Source: Podarcis melisellensis
Lineage: Eukaryota
Assembly (NCBI GenBank): GCA_964234715.1
Contig: OZ174291.1
Reading direction: 5' to 3' (one strand)
Length of the DNA stretch: 64,000 nucleotides
In this document: positions 55,156 to 64,000 of the stretch, piece by piece
How the letters are laid out: each line of letters starts with the position of its first letter
Numbering within the stretch: position 1 is the stretch's first letter
Position numbers and translations under genes: made by a program
Notes under the pieces: generated by a model
Databases searched by the model: none
Told to the model about the DNA's origin: nothing
Seen by the model: the letters and a program-made list of their open reading frames with translations, nothing else

Positions 55156-56337
55156 TTTTAAATAAATGAAGCTATTTGAACCATCAGACTGTTTATAATG
55201 GCCTGTGTAAATGAACCAATATCGTGGCAGGAAAGAGTGGGCAAAGCATCAAAAGCATGTTAGCAAAAGCGAGTGAGTGCTTCTTGTTGGGACCTGCAAG
55301 TTTCTTATCTGCACTTGAAACTGAAGAAAGGAATGGAGAAGGTGAAGGACCAAGCCAGAACTTAAGGAAAGGTAAAACTGAATGACCTGGCAGTAGCGAC
55401 TGCACTCCAAATCTTCTGCTATTTTGGTCAAAGAATGAGCAAGGCATTGTTATTTGGGGTTGGGGGGATAACATATACCTCAGTTTCATGGTACCTTACA
55501 CTGTACTTGTGAATGTGCTATGACTGGCTGCACACCTTCAGAAGAACCATTAAATTTAGGAGAGGGGCAAATATTTGACCTCTACAAGTTTGGAATGCAA
55601 AAAAAATTAGAATTTCTAGAGAAAAGAAAATACAAGTTTAGCCCTCTAAATAAATGCTCAAATGTGAATCACACACATAAGCTTTTATAGTTAAAAGAAT
55701 TCAGTGTAGGAATACACAGTAGACTGGAAATTAGAGAAAAGCACCTCTTTGGTTATCCAAATTGGTATTCCAAAATGCATAACATATTCCAGTATGCGCT
55801 GTTAGAGGAATTCTTAGTTTTAAGTCAATCTGAAGAAAATCATATGTTGTATTTATTATTGTGACAAATTATGCATATTTATTACCATCAATCCAAAGAG
55901 TGTGGAGATTGCTTTCTATCTCATGGAGAAACATTGATAATTACCACCCATTGCTTCTGGAAACTTCAACAAACCAACTCTGTACTGAAATGTGGCCCTT
56001 GTCTGTACTGAACCGAACCAGATTAATGTATTTGGCAAGTGTACAGAGAACCAAAACAGAAATCCATTAATTTGAGCTGCCCTGTTCATCTCCAGGTATA
56101 AAGCATTAGCGCAAAAGCCATGTAGGTTTTGATTTTGGATTGAGTTCCTAGGTAGTGTTAAGGAACAAAAAGTCTTGTGATAAAAGAAAATGTACTCTGG
56201 CATTCCAGTGCATTATAATACATTCACAAAAGTTTATGTCAGAATACATCTATTTAGTATTTAAGGTACGGTACGACAATGCTGCTTTTGATGCAACAAA
56301 CATGGCCATTCCTCCAGAATTTAGTAGAAACGATTTA

Positions 56338-56805
56338 CCGTTGTACCTTAGAAGTCGAACGGAATCTGTTCCAGAAGTCCGTTCTGACTTCACAAACCAA
56401 AGCACGGCTTCTGATTGGAAGCCATGGAAGCCCCGTCGGACGTTTGGCTTCCCAAAATAGTTCACAAACCGGAACACTCACTTCCGGGTTTGTGGTGTTT
56501 GGGAGCCAAAATGTTCGAGAACTAAGCTGTTCGAAAACCAAGGTACGTTTGGTTCCCAAAGGTACAGTCGTACCTTGGTTCTCAAACAGAATGTGTTCCG
56601 GGAGTCCGTTGACTACCAGAACCTTTCGAAAACCAAGGCGTGGCTTCCGATTGGCTGCAGGAGCGTCTTGCAGCCAATTGGAAGCCGTGCCAGACATTCG
56701 GCTTCTGAAAATCGTTCAAAAACCAGAACACTCACTTCCAGTTTTTGATCGTTCAGGAGCCGAAATGTACGAGTTTCAAGACATTCAGCAACTAAGGTAC
56801 AACTG
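56338..56805. mobile_element. Two adjacent Tigger-like MITEs, family B (about 56338-56547 and 56565-56805); partial copy at about 9441-9590
   Basis: TIR cagt(c/t)gtacctt; shared ccgattggctgcagga core. Confidence 0.8.
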
Positions 56806-57632
56806 TAGTTACAAACCAGAATGTTTTAACTGCTGTAACCACAAATACCCTTGCTTATCAAGAAAAAGGTAGGAAGTTTTATTCAAACTGTTGATTTAAA
56901 AATACTCCTTTTCCTTGATGATCTGAATCCCCCTCCTTAGAGAGACAGAGAATGTTGCTCACTAGTGGTTTCGAGGGAGGCCAACCATTCCCAAAAGAGT
57001 AAGTATCAATACATGTGCATATGAGTACAGGGGGAAGAGATATGAGAAGGGAAAACAGTAATTTAAATACTTATCATCTTTCATATCTGAATTACTATAT
57101 TTGCAAAAACAGCATATGAAAGACTACTTACGCTGACATACATGTTCAACATGCCAGAAATAGCCATGGAAAAGGGGCTCCAATGTCTGAGCCTAAAACT
57201 GCAAACCAAGCTTGTGGGGAATATTCAATATTTGACTCCATACACAATAGCATTACATGATTAAAAATGTATAAGACCCTATTTGCATGTTTAATTTATC
57301 ATCTGGTGCTGACTGAATCATATTAGATTGCATCTGAAGTTTTTGCCGAGAGTGAGTTGCAGACTGAATTATACAACAGTCTGGCAGGGTTCAGACAGGC
57401 AGTTTTCTATCAAATAACACTGGTTTTAGGCACTGGCTCTGGTAGGAAGAATTTGGACCTTGTTTTGCTTAGTGGCGGTTAAGATAACCTAAACTAAATA
57501 GAGTGATATACCCTGTAATAGTTGGGAGTGTGTGGAAATTGCTCTGTATTATGAGTAATTCAATATGGAGAGTTTAGCATTCTGGGAATCTTAGCTACCA
57601 TATGGTTTGTTAAGCCCTCTAGTATGGGGTCG

Positions 57633-58745
57633 AGGCTGTTAAGGTGCTACACTCAATATGCCAGCAAATCTGGAAAACTCGGCAGTGGCCAGAGGATTGG
57701 AGAAGATCAGTCTACACCCCAATCCCAAAGAAGGGAAGTGCCAAAGAATGCTCCAACTACCGCACAATTGCACTCATTTCACACGCTAGCAAGGTTATGC
57801 TTAAAATTCTACAAGGCAGTCTTAAGCAGTATTTGGACTGAGAACTCCCAGAAGTGCAAACTGGATTTCAAAGGGGCAGAGGAACCAGAGACCAAATTGC
57901 AAACATGCGCTGGATTATGGAGAAAGCTAGAGTTCCAGAAAGACATCTACTTCTGCTTCATTGACTATGCTAAAGCCTTTGACTGTGTCGACCACAGCAA
58001 CCTATGGCAAGTTCTTAATGAAATGGGAGTGCCTGATCACCTCATCTGTCTCCTGAGAAATCTCTATGTGGGACAAGAAGCTACAGTTAGAACTGGATAT
58101 GGAACAACTGATTGGTTCAAAATTAGGAAAGGAGTACGACAAGGCTGTAAATTGTCTCCCTGCTTATTTAACTTTATGCAGAATTCACCATGCGAAAGGC
58201 TGGGCTGGATGAATCCCAAGCCGGAATTAAGATTGCCGGAAGAAATATCAACAACCTCAGATATGCAGATGACACAACCTTGATGGCAGAAAGTGAGGAG
58301 GAATTAAAGAACCTTTTAATGAGGGTGAAAGAGGAGAGTGCAAAATATGGTCTGAAGCTCAACATAAAAAAAACACGAAGATCATGGCCACTGGGCCCAT
58401 CACCTCCTGGCAAATAGAAGGGGAAGAAATGGAGGCAGTGAGAGATTTTACTTTCTTGGGCTCCATGATCACTGCAGATGGTGACAACAGTCAGGAAATT
58501 AAAAGACGCCTGCTTCTTGGGAGAAAAGCAATGACAGGTAAACCTAGACAGCATCTTAAAAAGCATAGACATCACCTTCCTGACAAAGGTCCGTATGGTT
58601 AAAGCTATGGTTTTCCCAGCAGTGATGTATGGAAGTGAGAGCTGGACCATAAAGAAGGCTGATGGCCGAAGAATTGATGCTTTTGAATTATGGTGCTGGA
58701 GGAGACTTTTGAGAGTCCCATGGACTGCAAGAAGATCAAACCTAT
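57633..58745 (+). mobile_element. BovB (RTE) LINE fragment, RT region, frameshifted, with an internal deletion near 58535
   Basis: QQIWKTRQWPEDWRRS, CFIDYAKAFDCVDH, NINNLRYADDTTLMAESEEEL, ELWCWRRLLRVPWTARRSN. Confidence 0.92.
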
Positions 58746-59032
58746 CTACTAGATTACTAGATAGCAAGAAAGTAATGGGAAGTGCCTCTGGCTGAGACCC
58801 TGGAGATCCAATAGACACTACTGGGCTAGATGAGCTGATCCCCATCATGGGCAACTTGAAGCCCATCAATGCACTTCCCATGGTCACCAAGAAGGCCGAG
58901 GTGGGAAGAGAATACTGAACTAAATAGACCCTTGATCTGATCTAAAACGGCTCTTATCTTCTTAATAGGTAAACCTACTATAAGGTTTCCTATGACTCTT
59001 TAGTGATTGCATGTACAAATAGCAAACATATC

Positions 59033-59440
59033 TGTGATGGGACGATGAGCTGCTTGTGCGTAAAATGCAAGTCCCTCAGAGTTTGATCAGGTTTTCAAAC
59101 CTCTGCCTGTGACGGAGCCCCTCCAGCATGGCTGCGTCAATCACTAGTAGAATCCAAAAGTGGCTGCTTTCGGAATCGTTTCCAACATAAAAGCTCTTTA
59201 ACGGAAACACGTCGTCTGGCCTCTCGGCGTGACAGTTTCCGGCGAGGTGTGGGTGTCCCTATAGGAGGTCCTGAGACCTCCCCACTGTTTTCGCTGGAAG
59301 CGTCTCTGAGCCATCCCTCCGACTCACTTTCCCTTGGAGTTCTTGCTCGCCCTCTACTGGTTCCCTCTTCCGCTGCTACTCCTCTCTCAACCTCAGTGAG
59401 CCTTTGCGCCCCCGGCGCTTTAGATGGCAGTTCCCTGACA
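59033..59440 (-). repeat. 3' LTR of the Gypsy element
   Basis: Preceded on the minus strand by the polypurine tract GGAGGGGAGGTGGA (59441-59454). Confidence 0.95.
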
Positions 59441-59886
59441 TCCACCTCCCCTCCAGGGCCCCCTTCACCCCCTCCCGTCTCCTCCCCTACTGGCGGTGAG
59501 GAGGTAAAACCCCTGAAAGAACCTCCTTCGTCTTCCGACGTCGCGAACACTTCCCTCCACTTGTTGCTGTTCCTACTCTCTCGGTAATCTTCGTCATCGG
59601 AGTCCACTCCCTCTTCCAACTCCGACTCCGCGAACCCTTCCATTTCCTCTTCCTCATCGGTGGTGCCGAAATACTCCCTCCTAAACCTTGCTATCGGCTG
59701 AGGTTTCCTCGGGAACCTTTGGTGGAACGTTTCTGTTAAAACCTCGTCATTGACTTCCTCTGCATTCACCCAGGTGTTTTCTGACTCCGGTTCCCCTTCC
59801 CACGCCACCAAATACTCCACCTGATTTCCCTTCCACCTGGAATCGAGGATTTCCGCTACATGGTTGCGGCGTTCCCTCTCTTCCAA
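59137..59886 (-). pseudogene. pol: pol part 3: chromodomain plus acidic FxGF tail plus basic tail, running into the 3' LTR
   Basis: VAEILDSR..VEYLVAWEG.PESENTWV chromodomain; separated from IN by a frameshift near 59890-59925. Confidence 0.85.
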
Positions 59887-59889
59887 GGC

Positions 59890-62309
59890 TGGTCCCCTGA
59901 CGTACTCCCCTTCACGTCCCCCCCGTATGGTGACAGTAACGACCTGTGGAACACTGGGTGCAATTTCATGTGGTTGGGTAATCGGAGTTTGAAAGCTACC
60001 GGGTTGACCTGCTGAATGACCTCAAAGGGTCCCAATCTTCTGGGCCTCAATTTCTTACAACCCCCTTTGAACGGCAACCCTTGGGTTGACAACCACACTT
60101 GATCCCCCACCCTTATGGTTTCACCTTCCCTTCTGTTCTTGTCTGCCTGCTTCTTATATTGTGCCTTAGCCCTTTCTAAGTTGAGCTGGAGCTGATGATG
60201 GATCGCTTCCATCTCTTCTACAAAATGTTCAGCCGCTGGGACGCTCCATCTCTCCCCTCCTTCCCCTGGAAATGCCCTGGGGTGACACCCGTAATTAGCC
60301 AAAAAGGGACTCATCCCTGTGGACACATTCTCCGCATTATTGTAGGCAAATTCTGCCAACGCCAACTTTTCGACCCAATCGTTCTCTCTGTCATTGACAT
60401 AACACCTCAGATATTGTTGAAGAATGCCATTTGCTCTTTCCGCCTGCCCGTTGGTTTCAGGGTGCCGGGCAGTTGAAAAATTGACTTCCACGTGCAGCAA
60501 GCTCATGAGCTTCCTCCAGAACCTGGAAGTAAATTGTTTGCCGCGATCTGAGATCACCCTCAAGGGAGCCCCGTGCAACCTAAAGATGTGTTCTACAAAC
60601 AACTTCGCTGTTTCTTCTGCTGTGACTGCATGTGAGCATGCTACAAAGTGGCACATCTTAGTTAACAGGTCTACTACTACCATGATGGCTGTTTTCCCCT
60701 TGGACTTTGGCAGATCCGTCATAAAATCTATTGATATCGCTTCCCAAGGCCGTTCTGGTGTGGGTAATGGTTCTAATAACCCTGCCGGCGCCCTTCTTTC
60801 CCCTTTGGCTCGCTGACATTGGTCACACCCTCTTACATACTCCCTTACATCTTCCCTCACCTTAGGCCACCAAAATTCCCTGGTAACCAACCACATGGTC
60901 TTGTGTTGTCCAAAATGTCCCGCCGTGGGGCTATCATGCAACTGCTTGAGTACTCTCCCCCTCAATTCACCTTCGGGTATATACAGTGCCCCTTTGTAAT
61001 ACAATGCCCCATTTCTTTCCTCAAAACCTCCGGGGCTCTCGCCCTCCCCCCTGAGACCTCTGAGCTTATCCTGGGCATATTCATCATTTTCCGTTTCCTC
61101 TACCAGTTCTCGTTGCCCCACCAGCGCCGCCCCACACACCCAGCGGTCCTCAGGGATGACATGTCTCTCTTCGATCACCCCCTCCCCTTCCCAATACTCT
61201 GGTTTGCGTGAGAGCGCGTCCGCCCTGACGTTTTCTGGGCCTGGCACATAACAAATTTCAAAGTTGAATTTGGAGAATTCCTGTGCCCATCTCACTTGTC
61301 GTTGGTTGAGCACTCGAGCTGTTCTCCAATACTCTAAATTCTTGTGGTCGGTGCACACTTGCACCTTGTGTTGTGCCCCAATTAATAAATGTCTCCACCT
61401 CCGGAATGCTTCGTGAATGGCAAGTAGTTCCCTGTCATACACCGTGTAATTCCTCTCGGATTTATTCAGCTTCCGCGAGAAGAAGGCACACGGTCTCCAC
61501 TCCGACGCACTCCTCCCCGGTTGAAGAAGGACCGCCCCTACCGCCCGGTCGGATGCATCGGTTTCCACTCTCATGGGTTTTCGTAAATCCACATGCAGAA
61601 GTTGTTCTTCCGAGGCGAAAGCCCTTTTCAGTTCTTCAAAGGCTCGATCCGCCTCTACCGTCCAAACAAATTTCTTCTTGCTGCTGAGGCAGTCGGTGAT
61701 GGGCGCCGTCAAGTGGGCAAAGTTCTTGATGAACTTCCGATAAAAGTTCCCAAACCCCAAGAATCTTTGCGCGTCCTTCTTGGTCTTCGGTGTCTTCCAT
61801 TCCAGTACCGCTTGGACCTTGCCTGGATCCATGGCCAATCCCTTGTCTGACAAGCGGTACCCCAGGAATTCCACCTCCTTGGTATGAAACTGGCACTTCT
61901 CCAGTTTCACCCACAGCTGGTTGGCTTGCAGCCTGCCCAACACTTCTCGAACGTCCCTCACATGCTGTTCCTCATCTTCCGAATACACCAACACGTCGTC
62001 TAAAAAGGCCACACAATTCTTGTAGAGCAAAGGTCCCAGAATGTGGTTTATAAAAGCTTGAAAACACGCGGAGCCCCCTTGTAGACCGAAGGGCATAACG
62101 AGGTATTCAAAGGCTCCCAAAGGGGTAAACATGGTGGTCTTCCATTCATCTCCCTTCCTTATGCGTATCAGATTGTACGCCCCCCGCAGGTCCAGCTTTG
62201 TAAAAATCTTTCCCTTCCTTACTCTGGTCAAAATGTCATCAATTCGGGGCATAGGGAAAGCCAGGGGCTCCGACACTGCATTGAGGGCCCTAAAGTCACA
62301 CACCAGTCT
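59890..62309 (-). pseudogene. pol: pol part 2: RT (FLDD), RNase H (TDASD), integrase (HHCC, D-D-E, GPF)
   Basis: 815-aa ORF 59856-62303 with canonical Gypsy motifs. Confidence 0.95.
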
Positions 62310-63110
62310 CGTTTGTCTGTGTTCTTTTTGTCCACAAAAAACACTGGGCTGCCCCCCACCGCTCGGGACTCTCTGATGAAACCTCGCTTCAGGTTTTTGT
62401 CAATGAACTCCCTCAGCTCCTGCATCTCCCTGTCTGACATGGCGTACAGTTTGCCTACTGGGAGTTGGGCCCCAGGGAGTAGGTTGATTTGACAGTCAAA
62501 GGGTCTATGCGGTGGCAGTTTGTCTGCTTCCCTTTCGCTGAATACGTTGCTCAGATCTGCGTATTGCGGGGGCACCTTCCCTTTGTCCATTACTTCCATC
62601 CCGGCTAGGGTGACTCTGTCTCCTCCCGAAACCTTCCCCTCCTTGCAGTGTTCTAGGCAATGCGCTGACCCAAAGGAGACCACCCTCTGATGCCAGCCCA
62701 CTAGCGGATCGTGTAGCGCCAGCCAGCTCATCCCCAAAATGATGGGCGCTCCTCCCAGGATGGCCACATTAAACGCTATCTGTTCGGTGTGCCTTGCCAC
62801 CCTCATTATCATCGGGACAGTCTGTTGGCTAACTTCTCCCCCCAACAGCTCTCTGCCGTCAATCGTAGTCACCTGCAAGGGGTTACTTAAAGGGATGGTC
62901 TGTATCTGGTGCTCAGCTGCAAACTCCTTACTCATGAAATTACAGGAGCTGCCTGAATCCAAAAGCGCCTTGATCTTTAGTGGGTGTCCGTTTGGCAGGT
63001 CTAGTAACACCTCTATCACTAAAGCGGGTCTGGGAGGTTCCGGCATGGGCACTTTCACTGCTCTTTGGCCTGGCTGCTGTGCCCCGACGGTGGCAGCCAG
63101 GCGTTGGCTT
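62310..63110 (-). pseudogene. pol: pol part 1: aspartic protease (ALLDSGSSCNF) and RT N-terminus, in the -1 frame relative to gag
   Basis: ORF 62228-63226; frame breaks at about 62309 (KKNTDK-R/RLVCDFRALN). Confidence 0.9.
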
Positions 63111-63116
63111 TTACTT
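63047..63116 (-). other. Candidate -1 ribosomal frameshift pseudoknot at the gag/pol overlap
   Basis: 10-bp stem GCCTGGCTGC/GCAGCCAGGC; loop GGGCAC can pair with downstream GTGCCC. Confidence 0.65.
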
Positions 63117-63426
63117 GCTCCTTGCCTTCCTCTTCCTTTCCCCCAACAGCTCCTGCCATCCCTTGCCATTCCTTTCTTTGTGGGCAGACTCTGGCAAAGT
63201 GCCCTGGCTGTTGGCAGAGATAACATCTCTTGGCGCTCCTTCCCTCCTTCTTCCGCCCTTCACTGGGATTTGAAACTGCGCGCGCCCGCGCTGTTCCAAC
63301 TTCCATCGGCTCTGCCGGCGGGAAAGGTGGCTCTGGAATGTCTGGAATGCGGAACTCCCTCCAACGGTCTCCTTTCCCTTCCCGCTTTTCCAAAGCCCTC
63401 GCCTCCTGGCGCGCTCCTATGCACAA
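63055..63426 (-). pseudogene. gag: gag C-terminal remnant with CCHC zinc knuckle (CYLCQQPGHFARVC); capsid region missing
   Basis: Only ~370 nt separate the 5' LTR from the gag stop; no ATG ahead of the remnant. Confidence 0.85.
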
Positions 63427-63440
63427 GCTGGCTTTCGGTG

Positions 63441-63451
63441 ACTTTCGGATT
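63441..63451 (-). promoter_or_regulatory. Self-priming primer-binding site (AATCCGAAAGT), complementary to LTR 63572-63582
   Basis: No TGG tRNA-type PBS; 11-nt perfect complement of an LTR segment, as in Tf1/sushi elements. Confidence 0.75.
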
Positions 63452-63453
63452 GC

Positions 63454-63861
63454 TGTGATGGGACGATGAGCTGCTTGTGCGTAAAATGCAAGTCCCTCAG
63501 AGTTTGATCAGGTTTTCAAACCTCTGCCTGTGACGGAGCCCCACCAGCATGGCTGCGTCAATCACTAGTAGAATCCGAAAGTGGCTGCTTTCGGAATCGT
63601 TTCCAACATAAAAGCTCTTTAACGGAAACACGTCGTCTGGCCTCTCGGCGTGACAGTTTCCGGCGAGGTGTGGGTGTCCCTATAGGAGGTCCTGAGACCT
63701 CCCCACTGTTTTCGCTGGAAGCGTCTCTGAGCCATCCCTCCGACTCACTTTCCCTTGGAGTTCTTGCTCGCCCTCTACTGGTTCCCTCTTCCGCTGCTAC
63801 TCCTCTCTCAACCTCAGTGAGCCTTTGCGCCCCCGGCGCTTTAGATGGCAGTTCCCTGACA
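63454..63861 (-). repeat. 5' LTR of the Gypsy element
   Basis: Direct repeat of 59033-59440; 2 substitutions found by eye. Confidence 0.95.
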
Positions 63862-64000
63862 ATATCCAACCATTTTGATCTTCCAAGCAAAAAATTGTTA
63901 AAGCCTTGAAAACCAAATGTTCACAAACCCACACAAAATACAACTCAATTCTCTACAATGTAGACTGGCATACTGAAATTAAAATATATGCTTTGTGGTG

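Larger units (their letters stand above)
59033..63861 (-). mobile_element. Ty3/Gypsy chromoviral (Tf1/sushi-group) LTR retrotransposon, young, gag-deleted, 4829 bp
   Basis: Two 408-bp TG...CA LTRs, ATATC TSD (59028-59032 and 63862-63866), PPT, domain order CCHC-PR-RT-RNaseH-IN-chromodomain. Confidence 0.97.

Noticed and set aside
56279-56872. 197-aa ORF
   Set aside because: Spans two adjacent MITEs and has no recognisable domain.
58174-58890. 238-aa minus-strand ORF, and the plus-strand ORFs within the Gypsy element
   Set aside because: Antisense shadows of BovB RT and Gypsy pol.

Overview
Squamate (probably lacertid lizard) genomic DNA, judged by Sauria SINEs and BovB. The whole window lies inside the splicing-factor gene SFSWAP on the minus strand. 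Eight internal coding exons (roughly human exons 8-15; second SURP domain through the RS region) were reconstructed with GT-AG sites and consistent phases; the gene start and end lie outside the window. The introns carry many SINE/LINE fragments and hAT and Tc1/mariner MITEs, plus a very young Tf1/sushi-type chromoviral Gypsy element (59033-63861; 408-bp LTRs with 2 differences; ATATC TSD). The most notable observations are: (1) the element's integrase tail carries two acidic F...FxGF motifs resembling host LEDGF-IBD/TFIIS-N-domain binding motifs, a candidate gene-body targeting system; (2) two candidate poison exons in SFSWAP introns; (3) a ~5-kb intronic block with reversed strand skew, plus-strand splice sites, an RFX-like X-box and a two-fold symmetric RNA rod (antisense unit or inversion). 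All work was done by eye; repeat boundaries without TSDs are approximate.
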